Origin: an uncultured Verrucomicrobiaceae bacterium
GTDB lineage: Bacteria; Pseudomonadota; Gammaproteobacteria; Pseudomonadales; CAMLJR01
Assembly (NCBI GenBank): GCA_964631955.1
Contig: CAZWBA010000008.1
Span: 71,312-135,311 of the forward strand
DNA: 64,000 nt
Reading direction: 5' to 3'
Shown: positions 31,051 to 39,834 of the stretch, in pieces
How the letters are laid out: each line of letters opens with the position of its first letter
Position numbering within the stretch: position 1 is the first letter of the stretch
Notes under the pieces: model-generated
Seen by the model: the letters and a program-made list of their open reading frames with translations, nothing else
The model's database searches: none
What the model was told of the DNA's origin: nothing
Translations under genes and position numbers: made by a program

Positions 31051-31794
31051 CTATGGATTCTTATTGAATGCTAATGGATGACGTGAACGTAATGTGATGC
31101 CGTCTTCGTTACGCAGACCCCAATGCGTATACCAGCCAGCAGGACTGGGATTGTAAAGCGAGACATATAAGTTCGGCGAAATGGAGCGGCGCACAACGAA
31201 TCGATAGCCGGTTTGCTCGTCATCCAGCTGCATAACTGAAAAATTAAAAAATCCCGCCGTATCGCTCACTGTCGTCATCGAATAAACGGCGGGCATGCTG
31301 GTTGGGTGGTAATAGCAAAGAAGGGGCTGAAATATCGCTGGATTATTGCCGAGCAATTGTCTGAATGATGTATTGGAAAGCGATTTTGCCGCAGCAGCAA
31401 GCAATTCGAAGCCAGGCACATTAGGTAACTGTGCGATATCAGCAAATTGCGTTGCAGGCACATCGACAATGGACGTCGCCGCACTGGCATAAAGGTCGAC
31501 TGGCCGTAAACGTTCTAAAAACAATTTGCGGAAATTGCTCAAAACACTATCCGGCAAACTGGTCGCCAGAGTTTTCAAGGAAGCCACGATTTGCAATTCG
31601 ACCTGTGCGCCTGCTACCGAGACTTGCTGCAAGTCCTGAATACCCAATATACGACCGTGTATTTTTTGTCGCGGGTTGCATTGCGGCGCTAACTCCCGGA
31701 AGCTCTCGCGCTTTAGATTGTCGATCGTATCGGCGATCGGCGTCGACTTGACGACTTCAGGTGTTCGACTTGCTGCTGGAACGATCTGATTCAT
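31051..31794 (-). CDS. Hypothetical protein (247 aa), no signal peptide, no recognisable motif
   Basis: ORF open to the GTG at 31902, but AAGGAG sits 8 nt before the ATG at 31794 (MNQIVPAASRTPE...). I could not assign a family. Confidence 0.55.
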   Translation of the reverse strand: MNQIVPAASRTPEVVKSTPIADTIDNLKRESFRELAPQCNPRQKIHGRILGIQDLQQVSVAGAQVELQIVASLKTLATSLPDSVLSNFRKLFLERLRPVDLYASAATSIVDVPATQFADIAQLPNVPGFELLAAAAKSLSNTSFRQLLGNNPAIFQPLLCYYHPTSMPAVYSMTTVSDTAGFFNFSVMQLDDEQTGYRFVVRRSISPNLYVSLYNPSPAGWYTHWGLRNEDGITLRSRHPLAFNKNP

Positions 31795-32149
31795 GGCACT
31801 CACTCCTTTGCGATCTGTAGCGACAACTCCGTGTAAATACAACTCCGCAAACGAGATCCAAGCATGCCCTTCAGAAGATCGTTCCGCAGCGCAGTTATGC
31901 ACCAGCAGGTTGTGAAAAATTACCGAACCAGTCGCGCTCGAAGCCGGCCGAAAGGTAATAAATCACACGACCACCGCCATTTTCATACTGAGATGCGCTA
32001 CCGCCTCCGGTTACAGTGACCTAGTCGATAGGGATTCGGCCACAGGGTCGACAAGCAATTTGGAGCACGAATTGGATGTCGATGGACTGCATGGATGCCT
32101 GCACAGGGACGTGCCACACGGATCACGCCGATGCAAATTCTTTCCACAA

Positions 32150-32183
32150 TAAAAAAGGGTCGCACGAAGGCGACCCTTTTTTA
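32150..32183 (-). terminator. Rho-independent terminator after the cold-shock gene (bidirectional shape)
   Basis: aaaaaagggtcgc-acgaag-gcgacccttttttatt. Confidence 0.8.
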
Positions 32184-32224
32184 TTGCTGCCAATTGCCCG
32201 CCGCGAAGCGAGCAACCTCAGTAT

Positions 32225-32434
32225 TTAGATAACAGTGACGTTCTCAGCCTGCGGGCCTTTTTTGCCCTGGGTCACAGTGAACTGCACTTGCTGACCTTCA
32301 GCCAGGGTTTTGAAGCCGCCGCTGTTGATTGCGCTGAAATGTACGAATACATCGGGACCGCTTTCCGGAGTGATGAAGCCAAAACCTTTGGATTCGTTGA
32401 ACCATTTGACGGTGCCAGTGGTGGTGTTTGCCAT
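32225..32434 (-). CDS. cspA: Cold-shock protein, CspA family
   Basis: [36 protein letters not shown] with RNP1/RNP2 motifs. 69 aa. Confidence 0.96.
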   Translation of the reverse strand: MANTTTGTVKWFNESKGFGFITPESGPDVFVHFSAINSGGFKTLAEGQQVQFTVTQGKKGPQAENVTVI

Positions 32435-32702
32435 GTCTATAAACCTGTAAAAATAAAAAAAGATGAATTCGATTTCTCGAAGCGCTAGCAATGGGAGGTT
32501 ACTGAGAGGTTAGCGAGGAGCGAGAGAACTGCGAGATACCGACGCTTCTAACTGGCCGTTTAATAACAAGCACACTGGTTAGCTGGTGCACAGCCTAACC
32601 GCTAACAGATATCTGTCAATCACTATTTTCACCTAGAAGCGATTTAGCGCGACAACCTGCCCTCACGCAGCATAGACTGAGCCCTCTATAAAGGACATCG
32701 CG

Positions 32703-32897
32703 ATGACCAAACTCAATCGAACCGTTTCGCATGCGAAGCACTCCGCTCCGCCCTTCCATCAGCAACGTGAAATCGCCGTACAGACTGCAGCATTTCTCGC
32801 AAACGGCGGCAAAATCCAGCAAATCCCAAGCGGCGTCAGCGGCCAGCCAAAGCTCGGCGGGCCAAGCCTGACAACTGCCGAAGTCAAAACTGAGTGA
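32703..32897 (+). CDS. Small hypothetical protein (64 aa) with an FLxxGGKIQxIP motif
   Basis: AAGGA lies 7 nt before the ATG. The motif AAFLANGGKIQQIPSG reminds me of the conserved core of SutA-type RNAP-associated small proteins, but this is unverified. Confidence 0.45.
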   Translation: MTKLNRTVSHAKHSAPPFHQQREIAVQTAAFLANGGKIQQIPSGVSGQPKLGGPSLTTAEVKTE

Positions 32898-32980
32898 ACA
32901 GCGCTGTCGGCGCGGCGCCCCCATTAATTTTTTTGTTTCTATCTATCCGGCTGTATTGACTCTTCCCCTCCACCGAAATA

Positions 32981-32996
32981 CTGTATAAAAAAACAG
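32981..32996 (+). promoter_or_regulatory. LexA (SOS) box upstream of recN
   Basis: CTGTATAAAAAAACAG is a perfect CTGT-N8-ACAG gammaproteobacterial SOS box, 27 nt upstream of the recN ATG. Confidence 0.8.
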
Positions 32997-33022
32997 TCTT
33001 TCGAGAACAGCCGGAGAACGCC

Positions 33023-34711
33023 ATGCTCACCCATCTCACTGTCGATAATTTTGCGATCGCCGAACATATCGAAACCGAATTCGCCGGGGGCATGACCGTT
33101 CTGACAGGTGAGACCGGCGCAGGTAAATCGATTCTCCTCGATGCGCTCGGCCTGGCGCTGGGCGACCGGACCGATGCCGGTATCGTGCGCGCCGGAGCCG
33201 AACGTGCCGATATTCACGCCGCATTCGATATCAGCAATATCCCGGAAGCGAAAGCATGGCTTGAAGCGCGCGATCTTATCGCCGGCGATGAATGCTTATT
33301 GCGTCGCACCATCACCAGCGAAGGGCGTTCGCGCGGCTATATCAATGGGCAACCTGCAACGCTGCAGGATTTGAAATCGATCGGCGAGCTGCTCATCGAT
33401 ATTTACAGTCAGCATGCGCACCAATCGCTACTGCAGCGTGCCCATCAGCGCAAATTGCTCGACGCCTGCGCCGGCACCGAAGCGCTCGCCGACACCGTGA
33501 AAACCATCGCACAGCATTATCAGCACTGCACCGAACAGCTTGATCGCCTGCATAACCAGCACGATGAGACAACGGCGCGAGTGCAGTTACTAAGTTATCA
33601 GGTCGAAGAGCTCGACAAGCTCGATCTCGCTGCCGGCGAATTATCAGCGCTGGAAGATGAGCGTCGCACGCTCGCCAACGGTGAGCAGATTTTGCGTAAC
33701 TCGCAACACGCGCTCGCCCTGTGTCGCGAAGGCGAAATCAATGTCGTTAATATTTTGAATCAGGCACTCAAGTCATTGGCAGAGCTCGACGCAAAGCAAC
33801 CCGCGCTGCTGCAGGCCGAAGACATGCTCAATACCGCACTGATTCAGGTAGAGGAAGCGAGCCATGAACTGCAACATTACGTAGATGGTTTTGAACTCGA
33901 TCCGCAGCGCTTGACGGAGGTGGAAGCGAGGCTCGATACCATTTACGACATCGCGCGCAAACATCGCGTGCAGCCGCAACAACTGGCCGAGCTTCATTCC
34001 CAGTTGCGCGCCGAACTCGATAATGTCGCTGGCGGCGGCGAGCGTATCGAGCATCTGCAAAAGGAATTGAAAACATTGCGTGCCGACTACGACAGGCACA
34101 CGCAGGAGCTCAGCAGGCGGCGCACTCAGGCTGCACAGAAACTACAGAAGCAGGTGGAAAAACAATTGCAGGCGCTGGCGATGGGCGGTTGCCGTTTCAG
34201 TGTCGCGCTGACATCGAGAGCAACGCCGCTATCGCAAGACAAACCAGGCACGGTGCACGCGCACGGCAATGAAGATATCGAATTCCTCATCAGCACCAAC
34301 CCGGGCACACCACCGCAGGCACTCAATCGCATCGCATCGGGCGGCGAGCTGTCGCGCATCAGCCTTGCGATTCAGGTGATTACAGCGCAGACCAGCGCCA
34401 TCCCCACCCTTGTGTTCGACGAAGTCGATGTCGGCATCGGCGGTGCGACCGCAGAGGTCGTCGGCAATCTTCTTCGCGAACTCGGCAGCCGCGGACAGGT
34501 GTTATGCGTGACACATCAGCCTCAAGTTGCAAGCAAGGGCCATCAACACTTCAGCGTGGAAAAAATTGCCGAGAAAAAAACCGTACGCACCCGGTTACGC
34601 AAACTGAGCGAAGATGAAAAGGTCGAGGAAATCGCACGTATGCTCGGTGGTATTACTGTCACCGAACAGAGTCGGGCGCATGCAAAGGAGATGCTGAGCT
34701 TTACACATTAA
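33023..34711 (+). CDS. recN: DNA repair protein RecN
   Basis: MLTHLTVDNFAIAEHIETEFAGGMTVLTGETGAGKSILLDAL... and C-terminal ASGGELSRISLA...VFDEVD. Confidence 0.97.
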   Translation: MLTHLTVDNFAIAEHIETEFAGGMTVLTGETGAGKSILLDALGLALGDRTDAGIVRAGAERADIHAAFDISNIPEAKAWLEARDLIAGDECLLRRTITSEGRSRGYINGQPATLQDLKSIGELLIDIYSQHAHQSLLQRAHQRKLLDACAGTEALADTVKTIAQHYQHCTEQLDRLHNQHDETTARVQLLSYQVEELDKLDLAAGELSALEDERRTLANGEQILRNSQHALALCREGEINVVNILNQALKSLAELDAKQPALLQAEDMLNTALIQVEEASHELQHYVDGFELDPQRLTEVEARLDTIYDIARKHRVQPQQLAELHSQLRAELDNVAGGGERIEHLQKELKTLRADYDRHTQELSRRRTQAAQKLQKQVEKQLQALAMGGCRFSVALTSRATPLSQDKPGTVHAHGNEDIEFLISTNPGTPPQALNRIASGGELSRISLAIQVITAQTSAIPTLVFDEVDVGIGGATAEVVGNLLRELGSRGQVLCVTHQPQVASKGHQHFSVEKIAEKKTVRTRLRKLSEDEKVEEIARMLGGITVTEQSRAHAKEMLSFTH

Positions 34712-34712
34712 A

Positions 34713-35126
34713 TTATTTCTTTTTGCGGACATAGAGCACGAGGCTGTGATCGACGAGTTCAAAACCACGATCGGCGACCAGCTGACGCTGGCGTTTTTCG
34801 ATCATTTCGTCAATAAATTCGATGACTTCGCCCGTATCGAGATTGACCATATGATCATGATGCTGAGATTTTGCGAGTTCGAATACGGAATGACCGGATT
34901 CGAAATTGTGGCGACTCACCAAACCGGCTGTTTCGAACTGGGTCAGGACGCGATAAACCGTGGCCAGACCGACATCCTCTCCCTGCTCGAGCAAATGTTT
35001 GTAGACATCTTCAGCACTGAGGTGATGATTATCGGTTTCCGCCTGCTCAAGCAACTGCAGAATTTTGATGCGCGGCAACGTGACCTTGAGGCCAGCCTTT
35101 TTCAGTTCCTGATTCTCTCCGCCCAT
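34713..35126 (-). CDS. fur: Ferric uptake regulator Fur
   Basis: ELKKAGLKVTLPRIKILQLLEQ...HHDHMVNLDTGEVIEF. Start placed at the ATG at 35126 to match the E. coli Fur N-terminus. Confidence 0.95.
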   Translation of the reverse strand: MGGENQELKKAGLKVTLPRIKILQLLEQAETDNHHLSAEDVYKHLLEQGEDVGLATVYRVLTQFETAGLVSRHNFESGHSVFELAKSQHHDHMVNLDTGEVIEFIDEMIEKRQRQLVADRGFELVDHSLVLYVRKKK

Positions 35127-35265
35127 TGCCTGCCCCCTACATTTATCAGTCATTTTCCGGTCTGCAGCGCATCGTCCAATTCGCGCAACGCGTCATCCGG
35201 CTTACCATTGTGAGATCAATTGGGATATTATCACGCCGCCGCCGTGATCATCCCAGGTTTCATCG

Positions 35266-35649
35266 ATGCCATTCAATTTATTACACATCGTTCGCACTCT
35301 CGCTCCTGCTTTCGCCGTCGTCCTCTTGAGCGCGTGTAGCAATCTCGAATTTCCGTGGGTTTATCGTATCGATATCGATCAGGGCAATATCATCACCCAG
35401 GAAATGGTCGATCAGCTCAAGCCCGGCCTCACCCGCGATCAGGTCAAATATGTCATGGGCTCGCCGCTGGTGGTCGACCCTTTTCACCCCGATCGCTGGG
35501 ATTATGTTTATACCCTGCGCAAGGGCGACGGTTCGCGCAAACGCGAACAGCTTTCAGTGTTTTTCAGAGACGATATCCTGATTTCCCTGAGCGGCGATTT
35601 TTTACCCGCATCAGCGCGAACCTCAAGCCCGGCAACGCAGACGAATTAA
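35266..35649 (+). CDS. bamE: Outer membrane protein assembly factor BamE (OmlA/SmpA)
   Basis: Lipobox VLLSAC, then YRIDIDQGNIITQEMVDQLKPGLTRDQVKYVMGSP. Divergent from fur, as in Pseudomonas and Xanthomonas. Confidence 0.9.
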   Translation: MPFNLLHIVRTLAPAFAVVLLSACSNLEFPWVYRIDIDQGNIITQEMVDQLKPGLTRDQVKYVMGSPLVVDPFHPDRWDYVYTLRKGDGSRKREQLSVFFRDDILISLSGDFLPASARTSSPATQTN

Positions 35650-35693
35650 ACGCCGCGAAATACTCTCCGTAACGAACCCCGCAAGCCCCGAGC

Positions 35694-35987
35694 TCAGCGT
35701 TTGTGTTGCGCACGCTGACGCCGTGCTGCTTTGGGATCAGCAATCAGCGGCCGATAAATTTCTATACGGTCGCCATTGCGCAATTTTGCCTGCTCAGGGC
35801 GCTCAATCACCTTGCCGAAAATACCGATTACCGCTGTGCTCCAATCGATTCCGCCGCCAATTTCGAATGCCTGTGCGATACCTGAACGCTGCGCGGCGGC
35901 CAGCACAGTGCAATCATCTTCCACCTGCAATTCGATGAGACACTGGCGATCAGGCAACGCATACACCACTTCGATGGATATCATCAC
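35694..35987 (-). CDS. rnfH: RnfH-family ubiquitin-like protein
   Basis: ISIEVVYALPDRQ...GIFGKVIERPEQAKLRNGDRIEIYRPLIADPK is the typical RnfH/YfjF pattern. Confidence 0.85.
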   Translation of the reverse strand: MMISIEVVYALPDRQCLIELQVEDDCTVLAAAQRSGIAQAFEIGGGIDWSTAVIGIFGKVIERPEQAKLRNGDRIEIYRPLIADPKAARRQRAQHKR

Positions 35988-36001
35988 ATCTCTCTAAATC
36001 G

Positions 36002-36439
36002 TTACCGCGCGCCGTACAGCTGATGCGCGCGTCTGACGAGCGCATCGACCATCTGATTGGCGACGCTGTCGAACATTTTGCGCGCGGCGAAATTGAGCAG
36101 ACGACCCGATAATTCGAACTCCAGATGCAGCGAAATCTTGCATGCATGCTCGCCGAGAGGATGAAATGTCCACACTCCATGAAATTTACTGAATGGCCCC
36201 TCGACCAGCGTCATATCGATACGCTCGGGCGGTATCAACCGATTGCGCGTGGTGAAACTGTAACGCAATCCGCCTTTGGCGAGATCGAGTCGCGCCTCGA
36301 TAGTATCGTTAGTTTTATGAACGATGGTCGCGCCCGCACAACCATCCATGAATTGCGGGTAGGTTTCGATCGCGTTGACGAGTTCGAACATGGCCTGCGC
36401 GGAATATGGCACCAACGCACTGCGTTGAATCGTAGTCAT
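36002..36439 (-). CDS. ratA: RatA/YfjG-family SRPBCC protein (ribosome association toxin / CoQ-binding family)
   Basis: VPYSAQAMFELVNAIETYPQFMDGC... Conserved pairing with rnfH next to smpB. Confidence 0.88.
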   Translation of the reverse strand: MTTIQRSALVPYSAQAMFELVNAIETYPQFMDGCAGATIVHKTNDTIEARLDLAKGGLRYSFTTRNRLIPPERIDMTLVEGPFSKFHGVWTFHPLGEHACKISLHLEFELSGRLLNFAARKMFDSVANQMVDALVRRAHQLYGAR

Positions 36440-36510
36440 TGTTGAATCGTGATCGTTAACGGGGGTTTCGTCGAAATGAATAGAGGGTTCGATGATAGCT
36501 CAAAGGAAAA

Positions 36511-37887
36511 TCACAGCGCCTGTGTCCATACGCGGTACACACCCATGATTAGAATCAGCGCGATCGCGGGCGGGGCAATATAGCGCAAGGTCGCGCGCCA
36601 AAGCCAAAACAAACGCGGTCGATGGGTGAGCATTTCATCGCGGATCGACTCAGGCCGCATGCGCCAGCCGACCAGAATGGCAAGCAGCAATGCACAGAGC
36701 GGCAACAGAACATCGGCGCTGATCCAGTCGATCCAGGCAAACAGGCTCTTGCCGCCGGGCCGCCACGCCGGCCACAGGCTGAACGAGCCGATGCTGAGCA
36801 AGCCGAGCAAGCAACCGATGACGGCAAATAATGCGGCGGCGCGGGGACGCGACCAGCGCGTACGCTGCACCAGCCACGCGGTAGCCGGCTCAAGCAAGGC
36901 CACCGTCGAGCCGAATGCCGCCAGCAGGACCATGACAAAAAACGCCGTGCCAATCACGGAGCCATACGGCAGGTTGCCAAAAATATACGGCAGCGTGACA
37001 AAAATGAGACCCGGTCCATAACTCGGCTGCACGCGGTGCGCGAATACCAGCGGAAAAATCGCCAGCCCCGCGAGCAGTGCCACTACCACATGCAGCAGCA
37101 CCACGATACTCAGCGTCCGCAACAGCGAGCGTTGCGCCGGCATGTAAGCGCCAAAACTGATCATCGCCCCCATGCCGATGCCGAGCGAGAAAAATGCCTG
37201 CCCCAGGGCGGCGAGCGCGCCGTCGGTCGTCCATTGTTTGAAATTGGGGGCGAACATGAATTCGATCGCAGCGGGCATATCGCCCATGCGCAACGCAGTC
37301 AGCACCATGACCAGCAATAAAACCAGCAGGGCGGGCGCCAGCACGGTAAACAACGCGCCAAGTCCGCGCGCCACGCCAAGCGCAACGAATAACCACGCAA
37401 AGAACAAGAACAGCGCCTGCAGGCCGGCCTGATGCCAGCCGTTGCCGAGCAGCTGGCCGAATTGCTCGCCGATCTGACGTGCACTCGCTGCGGAAAGATC
37501 GCCGCTATAAATCCAGTTGCAGTAGGTCATGAGCCAGCCGCCGACCACGCTCAGGTAGGACAGAATGATCAGCGCGGCAATGCCGCTGAGCCACCCCACC
37601 CATCGCCAGTTACGACTCAGCGCCGATTCGAGCAACACCATTTCCATCGCATGCACGGGATCGCCCCGGCCGCGCGAACCGAGCAACACTTCGGCGACGA
37701 GCACCGGTGTTGCGACCAGTATCATGCACAACAGATACATGAGCACGAATCCGGCGCCACCGTTGACTCCGGCCAGGTAGGCAAACTTCCACAAGCTGCC
37801 AAGACCGATGGTTGCGCCGGTGGCTGCGGCGATGAAGGTCCATTGACTGGTCCAGCCGCCATGCAGCGATTGGCGGGCTAGGCGCAC
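36511..37887 (-). CDS. Sodium-dependent transporter, NSS (SNF) family
   Basis: WTSQWTFIAAATGATIGLGSLWKFAYLAGVNGGAGF is the NSS TM1 signature. About 11-12 hydrophobic segments. GTG start preceded by GGAG. Confidence 0.9.
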   Translation of the reverse strand: MRLARQSLHGGWTSQWTFIAAATGATIGLGSLWKFAYLAGVNGGAGFVLMYLLCMILVATPVLVAEVLLGSRGRGDPVHAMEMVLLESALSRNWRWVGWLSGIAALIILSYLSVVGGWLMTYCNWIYSGDLSAASARQIGEQFGQLLGNGWHQAGLQALFLFFAWLFVALGVARGLGALFTVLAPALLVLLLVMVLTALRMGDMPAAIEFMFAPNFKQWTTDGALAALGQAFFSLGIGMGAMISFGAYMPAQRSLLRTLSIVVLLHVVVALLAGLAIFPLVFAHRVQPSYGPGLIFVTLPYIFGNLPYGSVIGTAFFVMVLLAAFGSTVALLEPATAWLVQRTRWSRPRAAALFAVIGCLLGLLSIGSFSLWPAWRPGGKSLFAWIDWISADVLLPLCALLLAILVGWRMRPESIRDEMLTHRPRLFWLWRATLRYIAPPAIALILIMGVYRVWTQAL

Positions 37888-38038
37888 AGATTCACTCCGG
37901 CCAGGTCGATTAGCATTTCCGATACACCTGCATCCAAATGAGGGAGCACTAGTTTATGCCGTGTCGTACGCACTTATGACTCAATTCTGGCACTGTCGAC
38001 GTATTCAAGCCTGAACCCGCTCTCTATAATGCGCCGCC

Positions 38039-38518
38039 ATGACTAAAAACTCTCAGCAAAACAATACCATCGCGCAGAACAAAAAAGCGCGCTTCGATTA
38101 CCACCTCGAGGAAAAAATCGAGGCGGGCATCGCCCTGCAAGGCTGGGAGGTGAAGAGCCTGCGCGCAGGCAAGGCCCAGCTCACCGACTCCTACGTGCTG
38201 CTAAAAAATAGCGAAGCGTGGCTGCTCGGCGCCCTCATCACCCCATTGCAGACCACGTCAACGCATTTTGTGATTGACCCCCAGCGCACACGCAAACTGC
38301 TGCTCAATCGCAAGCAACTCAATCAATTGATCGGCGGCGTTCAGCAAAAAGGCTACACGTGCGTCTGTTTATCTCTGTACTGGAAGGGCCATCTGGTCAA
38401 GGCAGAAATCGCGCTCGCGAAAGGCAAGCAATTGCACGATAAACGCGAAACGGAAAAAGAACGCGACTGGAATCGTGAAAAACAACGCATCGTACGCCAC
38501 GCTGCACGCACGAATTAA
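38039..38518 (+). CDS. smpB: SsrA-binding protein SmpB
   Basis: [38 protein letters not shown]... is the canonical SmpB sequence. Confidence 0.97.
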   Translation: MTKNSQQNNTIAQNKKARFDYHLEEKIEAGIALQGWEVKSLRAGKAQLTDSYVLLKNSEAWLLGALITPLQTTSTHFVIDPQRTRKLLLNRKQLNQLIGGVQQKGYTCVCLSLYWKGHLVKAEIALAKGKQLHDKRETEKERDWNREKQRIVRHAARTN

Positions 38519-38681
38519 GCAAAACTTGTCGCGCTTTCCACACCGATTTTGCGTAAAGCCACAACGGGCGGGATACTTTCCAAGTCATTAGATGCACAAA
38601 AAATTTATCGATAGTTGATTTAGATAAACATTCTCTAAGACAGCGATTGAAAAAAGCGGGCTCAGCACCCATAGTGATCGC

Positions 38682-38760
38682 AGGCATACTTGTATGCCTA
38701 TGCACTCTCTCCCAGGCGGAGAGAAAGGGGATGCGGTTGGCGCAACACCACCGCATCCCC
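38682..38760 (+). other. Cluster of three consecutive stem-loops between smpB and ssrA
   Basis: aggcata-cttg-tatgcct, then tctctcc-caggc-ggagaga, then ggggatgcggt-tggcgcaacacc-accgcatcccc (11-bp stem). Confidence 0.4.
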
Positions 38761-38827
38761 GTGTCAACGCAGCATCCGATCAGCCTTATCGAGAGGGTGT
38801 GGTGAGAGAGTGAAGCAAGACGAATTC

Positions 38828-39180
38828 GGGGGCGTTCTGGATTCGACGTTGGTAACAAAACCTGAGGTGCATGTCGTGATGGCAGCCAATCACGTAAATC
38901 CAAAGCTGCAATCAAATAGTCGCAAACGACGAAACGTACGCTCTGGCGGCTTAAGCCCGCCGGACAGTTGGTGATTGACGTCAGATAGAGAAACCAACTG
39001 TCATTTCATCTGACTCGCTATTCGGCTCGTCCGGCGCCGGATAGTTAAAACCCTACGGAATCGCGATTCACGTCCTGCCCGTTGGGCTGTGAAAAGTTAA
39101 ATTAATTAACGGAACCTAAACATGTAGAGCCAAAGGCGGAGAACTAGCGGACAGGGGTTCAATTCCCCTCGCCTCCACCA
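38828..39180 (+). ncRNA. ssrA: tmRNA (SsrA), tag peptide ANDETYALAA
   Basis: 5' GGGGGCGTTCTGGATTCGAC pairs with the 3' ...GGGGTTCAATTCCCCTCGCCTCCACCA (G3:U wobble, Ala identity). Resume codon GCA at 38922 and TAA at 38952 give GCA AAC GAC GAA ACG TAC GCT CTG GCG GCT TAA. Confidence 0.95.
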
Positions 39181-39190
39181 TCCAAAATGA

Positions 39191-39226
39191 AGGGCTAAGT
39201 GAATCAATCGCTTGGCCCTTTTTTCT
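39191..39226 (+). terminator. Rho-independent terminator after ssrA
   Basis: agggctaag-tgaatcaatcg-cttggccct followed by tttttt. Confidence 0.7.
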
Positions 39227-39264
39227 GTCTACTCGCTGTGTGTGCCACACAAATTGGCACGAAA

Positions 39265-39534
39265 ATGACCGCGACCGTCCCTCACACACTACTTCGAATG
39301 GTACTTTTTACTTTAATGTCGCTACCCTGCCGGTATCCTGCGCGCGTCTCATTGAAAACTAACAGCCGAACTCAGGCGATGAAACTCGCCGGGATTCTGG
39401 CTGACTTTTTAAGCAGCCTGGGGCACCAGAACTTAAAGCTCGAACAATTGCGACAGATTGCGGCTAGATGGTTACAGCGCTGGCCGCACGACAGGCTGCC
39501 GGGCATCTGGCGACTGCTGTGGCTTTCTTCATAA
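39265..39534 (+). pseudogene. Probable frameshifted, truncated N-terminal stub of a tyrosine integrase next to tmRNA
   Basis: Two frames together give ...LLR/NGTFYFNVA... and ...RVSLKTNSRTQAMKLAGILADF. This resembles the G-x-YYFR...SLKT-x-D-xx-A pattern of integrase N-termini. No catalytic domain follows. Confidence 0.35.
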
Positions 39535-39834
39535 CTTCAACACGTGAAATTTCTCCAATCTTTCAGCCGGGTTCTAGATAAGCGATCAATGGGAATCGCC
39601 CGGGTAGCCACCCAGTACCGCCAGAAATGCCTGGCCAACATCATCGTCATTCGCCACATAAAAAGCTGATTGACGCCCTCCTGGCATGACAGGTGCCGGC
39701 CGGAAAAACCGCCCAAGAAAACTTAAACTTTTATATAAAAATCAATAATATGCGTAAAAATTTAATCATCTTTTTTTGCAGCCAGACAGGGGCTAATTTG
39801 GTAAAACTCACTCCCATTCTGACGGAGAGAACGC

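Noticed and set aside
31893-32010. Stop-bounded 41-codon fragment on the minus strand (VTVTGGGSASQYENGGGRVIYYLSAGFERDWFGNFSQPAGA)
   Set aside because: This may be a relic of a decayed gene at the edge of the AT-rich block. It has no start codon and is bounded by an in-frame TAG, and I cannot match it to any family, so this is too weak to call a pseudogene.
38397-38974. ORFs 38397..38915 (minus) and 38690..38974 (plus)
   Set aside because: They overlap the smpB 3' end, the hairpin cluster and the tmRNA gene itself. The tmRNA structure and tag frame explain the sequence.
39250-39270. Possible sigma54 promoter (TGGCACGaaaaTGAC)
   Set aside because: The -12 element is TGAC rather than TTGC(A/T), and no plausible downstream gene or enhancer-binding protein context exists.
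39199-39534. 111-aa ORF as a genuine protein-coding gene
   Set aside because: It begins inside the ssrA terminator and has no RBS. Its recognisable integrase-like motifs are split between two frames, so it is better explained as a pseudogene stub.
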